A stretch of 64,000 nucleotides of DNA, taken from the NCBI GenBank assembly GCA_046313635.1, contig JBKBYA010000006.1, positions 166,385-230,384 on the forward strand. The letters are read 5' to 3'. Below the pieces are notes generated by a model. That model saw only the letters and a list, made by a program, of their open reading frames with translations. It had not been told where the DNA came from and made no database searches. Every line of letters starts with the position of its first letter. Position 1 is the first letter of the stretch. Made by a program: the position numbers and the translations under genes. Source of the stretch: Pyrinomonadaceae bacterium. Lineage in GTDB: Bacteria; Acidobacteriota; Blastocatellia; Pyrinomonadales; Pyrinomonadaceae. Shown piece by piece: positions 19,293 to 29,723 of the stretch.

Positions 19293-20606
19293 TCAGCTTA
19301 CGATCTCGACGACCAGCTCCGATGCCGGCGGCGGCGTGCTCTCGATGACGAAGCATCGGCGCAGGTTCTCGACCGCGTGCGCGGACGCCTGCTTCGAGCC
19401 GATCAGCCGCGCGAGGAGCTGACCTTCGACGACCGCTTCGCCAACCTTGACCTGACAGTCGAGGCCGACCGCGTGATCGATGACGTCGTCGGCCCGCGTG
19501 CGTCCGCCGCCCAACGCGCAGATCTGATTGCCAAGCGTGAGCGTATCGACCGCGGCGAGATACCCCGATCGTTCGGCGCGTATCTCGAGCGCTGAGGAGC
19601 TGTCTGCCAGGAGCCGCTCGGGCTCGTCGCAGATCGACGCGTCGCCGCCCTGCAGCTCGACGTTGCGGCGAAACAGTTCGAGAGCTTCGCCGCCGCTCAT
19701 TTTTGCCGACGCGAGTTCGCGGGCTGACGCGACATTGTCGGCGATGCCAGCGAGCACGAGCATTCGCGCGGTGAGCTCGAGCGACAGTTCCCACGTCGGC
19801 ACGGCGGCCGCCTCGATCTCGCCGCGCAAGATCCGGATGCACTCGTAGACCTCGCACGCGTTGCCGACAAATCGGCCGAGCGGCTGGCCCATATCCGAGA
19901 TGACCGCCTCGGTCCGCACGCCAAATTCGCGGCCCGTCGCGACCATCGCCCGCGCGAGCTCACGCGAGTCCTCGAGCCGGCTCATGAACGCGCCCGAGCC
20001 GGTCTTGACGTCGAGCACGAGCGCGTCGAGTCCCTCGGCCAGCTTTTTTGACATGATCGAAGCGACGATCAGCGGGATGTACGGCACGGTCGCCGTGGCG
20101 TCGCGGAGCGCATAGAGCTTTTTGTCGGCCGGCGCGATATCGGCGGTCTGCCCCGACATCGCAAATCCGCACTCGCCGATGATGCGGTAAAACTCTCTGG
20201 GCGAGAGATCGACGTTATAGCCCGGTATCGACTCGAGCTTGTCGAGCGTGCCGCCCGTATGGCCGAGAGCGCGGCCCGAGATCATGGGGACCGCAAGTCC
20301 GCAGGCGGCGGCGAGCGGGGCGATGATCAGCGATGTCTTGTCGCCGACGCCGCCCGTCGAGTGCTTGTCGGCCTTTGGCCTTTGAACGGACGAAAGATCC
20401 AGCACCTCACCCGACTCAAGCATCGCGCGGGTGAGCGAATTTTGCTCGCGCGCATCAAGACCGCGGATGAACATCGCCATCAGTAGCGCGGAGATCTGAT
20501 AGTCGGCCCAGCTGCCGTCGCACACGCCGTCGACGAACGCCCTTATCTGCTGCTCGGACAGGCTCTGCCCGTCGCGCTTTATCTCTATGATCTCTTGGGG
20601 ACGCAT
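19293..20606 (-). CDS. pdp: Pyrimidine-nucleoside/thymidine phosphorylase
   Basis: DKHSTGGVGDK, SGRALGHTGGTLDKLESIPG, SIMSKK, DVKTGSGAFM; start ATG 20606. Confidence 0.95.
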   Translation of the reverse strand: MRPQEIIEIKRDGQSLSEQQIRAFVDGVCDGSWADYQISALLMAMFIRGLDAREQNSLTRAMLESGEVLDLSSVQRPKADKHSTGGVGDKTSLIIAPLAAACGLAVPMISGRALGHTGGTLDKLESIPGYNVDLSPREFYRIIGECGFAMSGQTADIAPADKKLYALRDATATVPYIPLIVASIMSKKLAEGLDALVLDVKTGSGAFMSRLEDSRELARAMVATGREFGVRTEAVISDMGQPLGRFVGNACEVYECIRILRGEIEAAAVPTWELSLELTARMLVLAGIADNVASARELASAKMSGGEALELFRRNVELQGGDASICDEPERLLADSSSALEIRAERSGYLAAVDTLTLGNQICALGGGRTRADDVIDHAVGLDCQVKVGEAVVEGQLLARLIGSKQASAHAVENLRRCFVIESTPPPASELVVEIVS

Positions 20607-20712
20607 CACTCCAAAATGATAAAGACTGCCGGCTGTGAATGCACGGCAGTCCAATGTCGCGGCTCTACGCCGGCGACGGCGTTCGGCTGGCAGCCTGCAC
20701 GCGAGCGGCCCG

Positions 20713-21210
20713 TCAGATGCGGCCGGGAATTGCCGCCGCGTCAGCCAGCAGCACAACCGCGGAGGCGCGTACCGCCAGCCTTTGCCCGACGGCGTCGAGT
20801 CCTTCGGCGGTCTTTGCCTTGACGCTGACGTGATCCTTTTCAATTTCGAGCATGGCGGCCAGCGACTCCCGGATCGCATCGATGTGCGGCCGCAGCTTAG
20901 GTGCCTCGAGCTCGACCGTCGAGTCGACATTTACGACCCCGAAGCCCCGCTGCTTTGCGAGCCCGACGGCGTACTTCAAAAAGACCGTGCTCTCCGCTCC
21001 GCGCCAACGCTCGTCCGTCGGCGGAAAATGCGAGCCGATATCGCCGAGGGCGAGCGCTCCGAGTATCGCGTCGGTGATCGAGTGCGCCAGCACGTCGGCG
21101 TCCGAATGGCCATCTGCACCGAGGTCGGCCTCGATCTCGACGCCGCCGATGATCAGCGGTCGGCCAGGGACCAACCGGTGGACGTCGTTGCCGAATCCGA
21201 TCCTGAACAT
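20713..21210 (-). CDS. ispF: 2-C-methyl-D-erythritol 2,4-cyclodiphosphate synthase
   Basis: RIGFGNDVH, GHSDADV, GDIGSHFP. Confidence 0.96.
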   Translation of the reverse strand: MFRIGFGNDVHRLVPGRPLIIGGVEIEADLGADGHSDADVLAHSITDAILGALALGDIGSHFPPTDERWRGAESTVFLKYAVGLAKQRGFGVVNVDSTVELEAPKLRPHIDAIRESLAAMLEIEKDHVSVKAKTAEGLDAVGQRLAVRASAVVLLADAAAIPGRI

Positions 21211-21211
21211 G

Positions 21212-21895
21212 CTAATCAATGTCTCCTCGACCCAAATACATCTCCGCGATCGCCAGGTCGTCGGCGTGGGTGATCTTGATATTTCGCGGGCTGCCCTCGA
21301 CGATCGCGATCTCGGCGCCGAGCCGCTCGACGGCCATGCATTCGTCCGTGATCGTATCGTCGAGATCGGAAAGCTGCAGCGCCCGGCGAAGAAGTTCGAT
21401 CTCGAACGCCTGCGGCGTCAAAGCCCGCCGCAGCACGCTGCGCGGCACGGTCTCGACGATCCGATCGCCGTCGACCCGCTTGATCGTGTCGGTCACCTCG
21501 GCGACCAAGCAGGCTGCGCCCGACCCTTCTGCCGCCGCGACCGTACGATCGATCTCGCTCGCGGTGACAAGCGGCCGTGCACCGTCGTGAACGGCGACGA
21601 ACTTTGTTTCGACGGCCGCGGCGTCGAGCCCGCGGCTGACAGATTCGGCACGAGTGCGGCCGCCGGCGACGACGCCGTCAAGCTTTGAATACGAGCCGCG
21701 TTCGACGAGGTCGTCGATCTTTTCGACATATTCGTCCGCCACTACTAGAACGATAGAGTTGATCGAGCGGCATCGCTCAAAACGCTCGAGCGTGTGAGCG
21801 ATGACCGGCTTGCCGAGTAAGTTCAGGAACTGTTTTGGTGTGTCCGAGCCAAACCTGCTGCCGCGGCCGGCGGCCACAATTATGGCGGTGTTCAT
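21212..21895 (-). CDS. ispD: 2-C-methyl-D-erythritol 4-phosphate cytidylyltransferase
   Basis: AAGRGSRFG...PKQF, VHDGARP, TPQAF, NIKIT. Confidence 0.96.
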   Translation of the reverse strand: MNTAIIVAAGRGSRFGSDTPKQFLNLLGKPVIAHTLERFERCRSINSIVLVVADEYVEKIDDLVERGSYSKLDGVVAGGRTRAESVSRGLDAAAVETKFVAVHDGARPLVTASEIDRTVAAAEGSGAACLVAEVTDTIKRVDGDRIVETVPRSVLRRALTPQAFEIELLRRALQLSDLDDTITDECMAVERLGAEIAIVEGSPRNIKITHADDLAIAEMYLGRGDID

Positions 21896-21920
21896 AGGCA
21901 GCGAGCTCGGGCGGAGGCGT

Positions 21921-23069
21921 TCAACTTTGGTCTTCGATTATGGTGGCCTGACGCAGGTCGCGGGTCGCCTTTCTGAATCCGACCGAGCGCGAATCGTGGA
22001 TCGCGCTCGCGATCTCGGCCGAGTCTTCTTTCTCTTCCCACAGTCGGCCAAAGATCATCTTGCCGGCCGTCGTCTGCAGCACGCTCGTGACCGCGATGTC
22101 GGCCGTCTTGCCGATCAGGCGGCGAGCATTGTCGACGACGACCATCGTTCCGTCGTCAAGATACGCGACGCCCTGGTTGTACTCTTTGCCCTCTTTGAGA
22201 ATAAAGACGCGCATCGCCTCGCCCGGCAGCACGACCGGCTTGACGGCGTTGGCGAGCTCGTTGATGTTCAGCACCGCGACGCCGCGGAGCTGCGAGACCT
22301 TGTTGAGATTGAAATCGTTGGTGACTATAACCGCGTCGAGCTGCTTGCCGAGCTCGATCAGCTTGAGGTCTACCTCGCGGATCGCGGGGAAATCGGTCTC
22401 GAGGATCTGCACGTCGAGCTTCGTGTTATTGCGCAGCCGCTGGAGCATATCGAGGCCGCGCCGGCCGCGCTGGCGCTTTGACGAGTCGGGCGAATCGGCG
22501 ACCTGCTGAAGCTCGGCGAGAATAAAGTTCGGGATGATCAGCGTGCCGCTCAAAAAGCCCGTCTCGGCGACGTCGGCGATGCGTCCGTCGATGATGACCG
22601 ACGTGTCGAGGATCTTGTAATCCTGCTTGATCGTCTTGTCGCTGAAGATGCCGCCGAGTGCCGTGAGATCGAGAAAGTCGCCCTTTGCAGCCCCCACCAT
22701 CAATCCGATGTAGCCCATAAAGAAGGCAAGCGCGATGGTCAAAAATGCCTTCATCTCGCCGGGCACGGTGTTGATGTCCTGAGCGCTGATCAGCATGCCG
22801 ATCAGGTACGCACCGGCGATGCCCAGTATCGAGCCGACCGCCGCGCCGATCAAAGACTTGAGCGACGCGCGGCGCGCCCGAACTTCAAACGCGATGATCA
22901 CGATCGCGACGGCGAGCCCCAATAATGCCGAGGCGAGCTTTTTTGCGCCGACGCTGTCGCCGACAAGCGCGGTGAGATGACTGCTGCCGGCGAGCGGATT
23001 AAGAAAGAACCCGCACAGCGCGAGCAGCAGGATGAATGCGATCCGGATGATGAGGATATCGGTCTTCAT
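21921..23069 (-). CDS. Membrane PIN/TRAM-domain protein (YacL-like)
   Basis: N-terminal TMs; ILDTSVIIDGRI, TNDFNL, GVAYLDDGTMVVV, QTTAGKMIF. Confidence 0.93.
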   Translation of the reverse strand: MKTDILIIRIAFILLLALCGFFLNPLAGSSHLTALVGDSVGAKKLASALLGLAVAIVIIAFEVRARRASLKSLIGAAVGSILGIAGAYLIGMLISAQDINTVPGEMKAFLTIALAFFMGYIGLMVGAAKGDFLDLTALGGIFSDKTIKQDYKILDTSVIIDGRIADVAETGFLSGTLIIPNFILAELQQVADSPDSSKRQRGRRGLDMLQRLRNNTKLDVQILETDFPAIREVDLKLIELGKQLDAVIVTNDFNLNKVSQLRGVAVLNINELANAVKPVVLPGEAMRVFILKEGKEYNQGVAYLDDGTMVVVDNARRLIGKTADIAVTSVLQTTAGKMIFGRLWEEKEDSAEIASAIHDSRSVGFRKATRDLRQATIIEDQS

Positions 23070-23269
23070 TCGCGTGACGATTTTAGCACGAAATCTATTG
23101 TTTACTGCGCCGGGGGTCGATGCCGCGGGGGCTGCCCGTTTGAGCTTTTGAAGCGTCCGCATAGTTTGGCTTCGGTGCCACCTCGAGTCAAGCCGTGATG
23201 CGGTTAAAACATGCGGAATTACCGCATATTTTCAGTTTGCGGCGGGGCTGGGCTATCCTTTCGATACCG

Positions 23270-24643
23270 ATGGCAAAGCAGCCCAATACTATTTTTGTCT
23301 GCCAGAATTGCGGCCGTCAGTCGCGGAAGTGGCTCGGGCAATGTCCCGACTGCGGCGAGTGGAACGCCTATGTCGAAGAAGTATTCCGCCCCTCGGCGAT
23401 CCCGTCGGGCGCGGGCCTGCGCCTCGGCCGCATACGCTCGTCGACGCCGGTGCCGTATTCCGAGATCGAATCGCAGGACGACGACCGCACCTCGACCGGC
23501 ATTGCCGAGCTCGACCGCGTTCTCGGCGGCGGCATCGTGGCGGGCTCGCTCGTGCTGATCGGCGGAGCTCCCGGCATCGGCAAATCGACGATCGTCATTC
23601 AGATGGCCGATCATCTCAGCCACGAAGGCGCAAAGGTGCTCTACGTCTCGGGCGAAGAGTCGGAGCGGCAGATCAAGATGCGCGGTCTGAGGCTCGGGCT
23701 CGCGCCGGAGAATCTCTTTCTCCTGCCGGAGACCAATCTTGAAGCGATCCTCTCCGAGACCGGCCGCCTCGAGCCCGACCTCGTCATCGTCGATTCCGTG
23801 CAAACTGTATTCAGCGAGAATATCGAGTCCGCGCCCGGCAGCGTCTCGCAGGTCCGCGAGGTCGCGGGCCGCTTCATGCTGTACGCGAAGCAAACCGCTA
23901 CGCCCGTCTTCCTCACCGGTCACGTCACAAAAGAAGGCTCGATCGCCGGCCCCAAGACGCTCGAGCACATCGTCGACACGGTGCTCTATTTCGAAGGCGA
24001 GCGTCACTACAATCACCGCATCATCCGCGCGACAAAGAATCGCTTTGGCGCAGCCAACGAGATCGGCGTCTTCGAAATGACGAATGCCGGCCTCTCGCCC
24101 GTACCGAATCCGTCCGAGCTGTTTCTGCAGGAGCGGCCCGAAGGCGCGAGCGGCTCGGTCGTCGCGGTCTGTATGGAAGGAACGCGGCCGATGCTCGTCG
24201 AGGTGCAGGCGCTCGTCACCGGAACGCGCAACGCGGCCGGCCGGCGAATGGCGCAGGGATTTGACTACAACCGCACTTCCCTTTTGATCGCGGTGCTCGA
24301 GAAGCGGCTCGGATTTCAGCTTGCCGGAGAAGATGTTTTTGTGAACGTCGCGGGCGGAATAGAGATCGACGAGCCCGCCGCCGATCTCGCGGTCGTCGCG
24401 TCGATCGCATCGAGCTACCGCAACGCGCCCGTTCCGGCCGACACGGCGATCATCGGCGAGGTCGGGCTGACCGGCGAAGTTCGCGGCGTACTGCAGGCCC
24501 AGGCCCGCGCACGCGAAGCCCAGACTCTCGGCTTCAAAAAGCTGATCATGCCAATGTCGAACAAGTCAGGGCTCGAAAAGCTCCTCGGCCTGCGCGTCGT
24601 CGGCGTTCGCACACTCGAGGAGGCGATGGAAGCTCTTTTCTGA
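23270..24643 (+). CDS. radA: DNA repair protein RadA/Sms
   Basis: CxxC...CxxC zinc finger, GAPGIGKST, KNRFG. Confidence 0.97.
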   Translation: MAKQPNTIFVCQNCGRQSRKWLGQCPDCGEWNAYVEEVFRPSAIPSGAGLRLGRIRSSTPVPYSEIESQDDDRTSTGIAELDRVLGGGIVAGSLVLIGGAPGIGKSTIVIQMADHLSHEGAKVLYVSGEESERQIKMRGLRLGLAPENLFLLPETNLEAILSETGRLEPDLVIVDSVQTVFSENIESAPGSVSQVREVAGRFMLYAKQTATPVFLTGHVTKEGSIAGPKTLEHIVDTVLYFEGERHYNHRIIRATKNRFGAANEIGVFEMTNAGLSPVPNPSELFLQERPEGASGSVVAVCMEGTRPMLVEVQALVTGTRNAAGRRMAQGFDYNRTSLLIAVLEKRLGFQLAGEDVFVNVAGGIEIDEPAADLAVVASIASSYRNAPVPADTAIIGEVGLTGEVRGVLQAQARAREAQTLGFKKLIMPMSNKSGLEKLLGLRVVGVRTLEEAMEALF

Positions 24644-24649
24644 TTCACG

Positions 24650-25948
24650 ATGTCAAAGCAAACGTTTTACGACGGTGACGACGGCGTGGCGCTGATCGTC
24701 GGCCCCAAGGCGACAACGGCCCGATCGCCCGTTCACGTCGTTTACGGCGGGGCCGACCGATACTCGGCCCGGACGCCGCAAAAGCTCGGCGCGATCGCAC
24801 GGCAGACGATGGCATCATTTGCACGCGACGCGTCGGAGTTTGCAAAAGCAATAGGAATACCGATCACGCCCGACGCTTCGCAAGCGACGAAGATCTTTGA
24901 CCTGACAAACGACAAGCTCGAACGTGAGGCGGTCGAGGACTTTCGCATCGACTTTGAGGACGGTTACGGCTTTCGCTCGGACGACGAAGAGGACTCGCAC
25001 GCACGCTCGGCCGCCGAGCAGCTCGCGACCGCATTCGCCGAAGGCACGATCACGCCCTTCTGCGGATTCCGGATCAAGTCGCTCGGCCCGGAGACCGAGA
25101 GGCGCGCCGAGCGGACGCTGACGTTGTTTCTCTCGACGCTGCTCGAAAGGACGGCCGGCGTGCTGCCGGAGAATTTTGTCGTCAACCTGCCGAAGATCAC
25201 CGATCGCGACGAGGTCAAGCATCTCGTTTCGATGCTCGAGAAGATCGAGGACGACGCTCGTCTCCCGCACGGTGCGATCGGCGTCGAGCTGATGATCGAA
25301 ACGCCCGAAGCGATCTTTGATCACAAAGGCCGCATGGCGATACCGCGGATCATCAAGGCCGCAAGAGGCCGCTGCCGCTCGATCCACTTCGGCGCGTACG
25401 ATCACACCGCGTCGCTCGGCATCGCGGCGCGCTTTCAGGGTCTCGGTCATCCGGCCGCCGACCTTGCGCGACAGTTCATGCTGCTTGCGGCGGCACCGCT
25501 CGGCGTTCGCGTGTCTGATTCGGTAACGACCGAACTGCCGACCGTCGTGCATCGCGGCGACGATCTGAACAGCGAACAGCTCGACGAGAATCGCGCCGCA
25601 GTCCATCGCGGATGGCGGATACATTTCGACAACGTCAGCCGGTCGATGGCCAGCGGCTTTTACCAAAGCTGGGACCTTCACCCGAATCAACTGCCCGCGC
25701 GTTACGCGGCTGTTTACGCGTTCTTTCTCGAAGGCTTCGATCTGCAGACGCAGCGGCTGCGGACGTTTGTCGAACGCGCGACGCAGGCGAGCATGACTGG
25801 AAACGTCTTCGACGACGCCGCGTCGGCGCGCGGACTGATCAACTACTTCGAAAGGGGCATTTCAAGCGGTGCGTTCACCGCCGAGCGTGTTGCGGCAGCT
25901 GCCGGAAAAGATATCTCGTCGATTCGCGCGATGCTGGTCGCTGATTAA
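24650..25948 (+). CDS. HpcH/HpaI aldolase / citrate-lyase-like protein
   Basis: PVHVVYGGA, EDFRIDFEDGYG, ELMIETP, HFGAYD, WDLHPNQL. Confidence 0.75.
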   Translation: MSKQTFYDGDDGVALIVGPKATTARSPVHVVYGGADRYSARTPQKLGAIARQTMASFARDASEFAKAIGIPITPDASQATKIFDLTNDKLEREAVEDFRIDFEDGYGFRSDDEEDSHARSAAEQLATAFAEGTITPFCGFRIKSLGPETERRAERTLTLFLSTLLERTAGVLPENFVVNLPKITDRDEVKHLVSMLEKIEDDARLPHGAIGVELMIETPEAIFDHKGRMAIPRIIKAARGRCRSIHFGAYDHTASLGIAARFQGLGHPAADLARQFMLLAAAPLGVRVSDSVTTELPTVVHRGDDLNSEQLDENRAAVHRGWRIHFDNVSRSMASGFYQSWDLHPNQLPARYAAVYAFFLEGFDLQTQRLRTFVERATQASMTGNVFDDAASARGLINYFERGISSGAFTAERVAAAAGKDISSIRAMLVAD

Positions 25949-26082
25949 GGAACGCGGACGCCCTCGTCCGCAATGAGCGTTCGTCCTCGAACGCGAAGAA
26001 AACGCCGGAGGATCGACTCGATCGTTCTCCGGCGTTTTTCTTCGTGCTTCGCACTCATTGCGGACGAGGGCGTCCGCGTTTC
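25949..26082. repeat. Intergenic REP-like long hairpin
   Basis: Perfect 27-bp inverted repeat (25951-25977 / 26054-26080) enclosing a second inverted repeat; between convergent genes. Confidence 0.85.
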
Positions 26083-26088
26083 ATGAGC

Positions 26089-26532
26089 TTAGTTATTTGC
26101 GGCCTCGGTCTTGGTGCAGTGCTCGGCGAACGCATTGACGAGCGCCTGTGCGATGACCTGCGGCGGGCGGCCTTCGAGATCGCGGCGTTCGAACATCTGC
26201 ACGAGGCGGCCGTTCTTCAAGAACGCGATCGACGGCGACGACGGCGCGTAGCCCGTAAAGTACTCGCGGGCCGTGTCGGTCGCGTCGATGTCGGCTCCGG
26301 CAAAAACTGTGATCGCCCGATCGGGCTTGGCTTCGGAGTGCTGCAGTGCCATCGCGATGCCCGGCCGCACACCGCCCGCGGCGCAGCCGCAGACCGAATT
26401 GACGACGACCATCAGCGTGCCGTCCGTATTCTCGACGGCGTCCTTGACGGCCTCGCTCGTCTTGGTTTCTTCGATCCCCAGCCGAGCGAGTTCCGCTCGC
26501 ATACCTTGGATCATGATCTCTGGATAGGGCAT
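26089..26532 (-). CDS. BrxA/BrxB family bacilliredoxin
   Basis: VVVNSVCGCAAG, VFAGAD, PSSPSIA. Confidence 0.9.
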   Translation of the reverse strand: MPYPEIMIQGMRAELARLGIEETKTSEAVKDAVENTDGTLMVVVNSVCGCAAGGVRPGIAMALQHSEAKPDRAITVFAGADIDATDTAREYFTGYAPSSPSIAFLKNGRLVQMFERRDLEGRPPQVIAQALVNAFAEHCTKTEAANN

Positions 26533-26628
26533 AAGATTCTCCTGGAATTTACTTTGAAATAGGGCTCTCGAGATCCGCTTTGCGAATCTTTACCTTTTTA
26601 TCGAGTATTTCGAATGCGGTGTTATTAG

Positions 26629-27132
26629 TCAAGCAGGTCGCGCTGCGGAGGGCGAAGCTTCGCGGCGAGAAATTACGATCTCGCGCGGGTCGTCGCCGTC
26701 GCCGCGGATCTCGATCGTGATAACGGGCCGGTCAAATTCGCAGCCGGCGATCTTCTCCGACCATTCGATGACGATGACATTCGACCGGTCGGCAAGCACG
26801 TCGTCAAGGCCGACCGCGGCGGCCGCGGCCTCGCCGTCGCAGTCGAGCCGCCACAGGTCGATGTGATAGACGTCAAACTTTGCACGGTAAAGATTCACGA
26901 GGGCAAAGCTCGGGCTCGTCACTTCGTCGACGTCATAGTCGAGTGCGTCGAGCACGCCCTTGGTCAGCAGCGTCTTGCCCGCGCCGAGGCCGCCCGTCAA
27001 AAGGATGATCTCGCCGCCGGCGAGCGCGGCGCCGAGGCTACGGCCGAATTCGAACGTCTCGTCAGACGACGCGGTCGTAACGGTCGCGGTCGCTGTCTGG
27101 TCGGCGAAGGTCGTATTCACTTCGGTGGTCAA
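26629..27132 (-). CDS. tsaE: tRNA t6A biosynthesis ATPase TsaE
   Basis: GGLGAGKT, VTSPSF, YHIDLWRL, IEW; start approximate (TTG after GGAGG). Confidence 0.92.
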   Translation of the reverse strand: MTTEVNTTFADQTATATVTTASSDETFEFGRSLGAALAGGEIILLTGGLGAGKTLLTKGVLDALDYDVDEVTSPSFALVNLYRAKFDVYHIDLWRLDCDGEAAAAAVGLDDVLADRSNVIVIEWSEKIAGCEFDRPVITIEIRGDGDDPREIVISRREASPSAARPA

Positions 27133-28775
27133 TCTTCCTCCGCGGCGGCGACAAATGCATCGTGCAGACAACCGCGAACGTCGCCGGCGGTCATCACGCG
27201 TTTTCCGTATTTTTCTTCGGCGATGTCGCCGGCGAGGCCCGCGATGTAAACCGCCGCGACGGTCGTCTCAAACAGGTCGACGCCGCACTTCACGGCCTGG
27301 CCCGCAAATCCCGCGATGATGCCCGTCAGCGTGTCGCCGTTGCCGGCCTTGCCGAGCCCCGCGTTGCCGGTGGGATTAACGACCACGCGGCCGTCGGGCG
27401 CGGCGACGAGGTTTCGAGTTCCCTTGAGAACGAGGATGAGCTTGTGAAGCTGCGCAAATTCTCTCGCCGCGCCGACGCGGTCGTCGAGCACGCTCTTGTC
27501 TTCGGTGCCCAGCAGCTTGAGAAACTCGCCGGCGTGCGGCGTGATGATCAGCGGGTGCTCGCCGGACGGCGTGAGGTCTTCGGCCGTGAGCACGTTGAGG
27601 CCGTCGGCGTCGAGAATGATCGGCCTCGTCCTCTCGCGGACCATGGTCTGTACAAAACGCCTCGTGCTCTCGTCGCCCGACGACAATCCGCTCCCGATCG
27701 CGATGACGTCGATCTTGTCGAGAAATCCGTCGAGAGCCTCGACGGCCTCGACCGCCACCGATCCGCTGTCGGTCTCGGGCACGCCGCGCACCATCACCTC
27801 GGGCGTCACACGCGAGCCGATCATATTCGCCGACGACCGCGGCGTCGCGACCGTGACGAGGCCGACGCCCGTTCGGATCGCCGCGTTGCCGCACAGCACA
27901 GCGGCGCCGGCATAGTCGGCCGAGCCCGCAACGATGAGCGCATGGCCGCGCCGATTCTTGTACGAGTCGTAGCTGAACTCGGTCGCCTCGAGCCATTTGC
28001 GCACGTCGCTCCTCTCGGCGACAAAGGTCTGCGACGCGGCGTTGTCGATCAGCTCTTGCGGCGAGCCGATGCAGGCTACTACGAGATCGCCGCAGTAATT
28101 CGAAGCGGGCGGCATCACGTTGGCGAGCTTTGGCGCGGTGAATGTGACCGTTAGATCTGGGCACGGATTTACGCCCTCGGTCGTCGAACGATCGGCGCAC
28201 AATCCCGACGGCAGGTCGAGCGACACGATCAGCGGACCGCCGTCCTCAAAACTTCCGTTGTACGAGTAGATCAGCGCCGCGGCCTGCTCGTAGACGCCGT
28301 CGAGCGGCTTGTTGAGTCCCGTGCCGAAGAGAGCGTCGACGATCACGTCCGGATCGTCGGACTGAAAGTTGACGCTGTCATACTCGTACCACTCCTCGAG
28401 GCTCGTGATCTCTTCGAATGTAAGCTCGGCGCATTCGGGCTTGAATTGATCGTGGTCCGAGATCCGCTGCACGATCTCAAAGTTTGTCCGTGCGTCGCCC
28501 GATGCTGCCGACACGAGACCGATCAGCACGATCTCGACGTTCATTCCCATCTGCCAAAGCACGCGGCCGAGCGCCGCGCCGTCGCCGCCGTTGTTGCCCT
28601 TGCCGCAAAAGATGAGGCACGAGCGGCCCGCGAGATCGCCGTCAAACCGCGCCGCGACGGCGCGGGCCGCCGCGTGCGCCGCATTCTCCATCAACAGCAG
28701 CGACGGGATGCCGAACGTCTCCGTCGTAAGCCGGTCGACCTCTCGCATTTGGTCGGCGGTCAGAACCTTTTGCAT
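27129..28775 (-). CDS. nnr: Bifunctional NAD(P)HX epimerase/dehydratase
   Basis: LMENAA, CGKGNNGGDG, DALFGTG, LDADGL, TPHAGE, GNGDTLTG. Confidence 0.95.
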   Translation of the reverse strand: MQKVLTADQMREVDRLTTETFGIPSLLLMENAAHAAARAVAARFDGDLAGRSCLIFCGKGNNGGDGAALGRVLWQMGMNVEIVLIGLVSAASGDARTNFEIVQRISDHDQFKPECAELTFEEITSLEEWYEYDSVNFQSDDPDVIVDALFGTGLNKPLDGVYEQAAALIYSYNGSFEDGGPLIVSLDLPSGLCADRSTTEGVNPCPDLTVTFTAPKLANVMPPASNYCGDLVVACIGSPQELIDNAASQTFVAERSDVRKWLEATEFSYDSYKNRRGHALIVAGSADYAGAAVLCGNAAIRTGVGLVTVATPRSSANMIGSRVTPEVMVRGVPETDSGSVAVEAVEALDGFLDKIDVIAIGSGLSSGDESTRRFVQTMVRERTRPIILDADGLNVLTAEDLTPSGEHPLIITPHAGEFLKLLGTEDKSVLDDRVGAAREFAQLHKLILVLKGTRNLVAAPDGRVVVNPTGNAGLGKAGNGDTLTGIIAGFAGQAVKCGVDLFETTVAAVYIAGLAGDIAEEKYGKRVMTAGDVRGCLHDAFVAAAEED

Positions 28776-29190
28776 GCATTCTAACTTGCCACAACGAAGT
28801 GAAAATCGGAAGAGGTTCGCCCGTGCAGATACCCGATCGAACGCCGCGGCCCGGCGGCGGCCGCCGAGGAGCAAAAAGCAAAGACCGCGTTCGGCATTTA
28901 ACCGACGCGGTCCGGATCGTGAACAAGTGCAACCTCGAATAGAATATTAAGCCGCCCAAGCAGCTTAAAAAAGTCTGCCACTGTCGCTTGATCAGCTTTT
29001 TCTTCCGTTCACTTAATTAAAAAGTTTGATTCACGCGCCGATTCCAAAAATGCTGAAGGCCAAAGTTTTTCGGGCCCGCTTAGGACTTTCGGCCGGCGCG
29101 GCCGCGGTCGAATTTGCAAAGCGGTATATCATCGGAGGAGTCCGTGCCGCCGATCTTCACACCTCAAGGCGGCCGGAGAGGTCCGCACTA

Positions 29191-29610
29191 ATGAGAGCCT
29201 TGCCGTTCTTGCTCATGATCTTGGTTTTGAGCGTCGCGGCCGCCCAGGCACAGCCGGCGGAGCGGAGCGTCCAGGCTTCTTTTTGCGAGCTTATGCCGAC
29301 CGAGGCCGCCCGCGAATCGCGGACCGGCTTTACCGCGATATTCCGATTTCGAATGGTCACGGCCGAAACGCCGTCGGCCGCCTCCCGCATGCGGGGCGAC
29401 CAGCTCTCGACCGACGACGTGAGCCGCTGCATTCGCACTTGGAAATTCACCAACTTCTCGGCCGGTGATCTTTTTCTTGCTTCCTTTCGCTGGGATCATC
29501 AGACCGGCTGGACGGAGCTTCGCCTCTCGTCTCGAGGTTACGAGGCGATCCATCGCCCGCGCCGCGATAGCGGCACTTCACAAAACCCGTCACAGAAAAA
29601 GGACCAGTAA
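29191..29610 (+). CDS. Hypothetical secreted protein
   Basis: MRALPFLLMILVLSVAAAQA signal peptide; start ATG 29191 within the ORF-track frame. Confidence 0.55.
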   Translation: MRALPFLLMILVLSVAAAQAQPAERSVQASFCELMPTEAARESRTGFTAIFRFRMVTAETPSAASRMRGDQLSTDDVSRCIRTWKFTNFSAGDLFLASFRWDHQTGWTELRLSSRGYEAIHRPRRDSGTSQNPSQKKDQ

Positions 29611-29723
29611 AGGCTGGACGCCAGGCCTTTGCGCTTCTCCGACAGCCTCGACCCGACCGGCTCTCGGGTTTGCCGCAGCGCTAAAGACCGCGAAGCGCGC
29701 TCGGCTTCGCTGCACGGAGCCAG

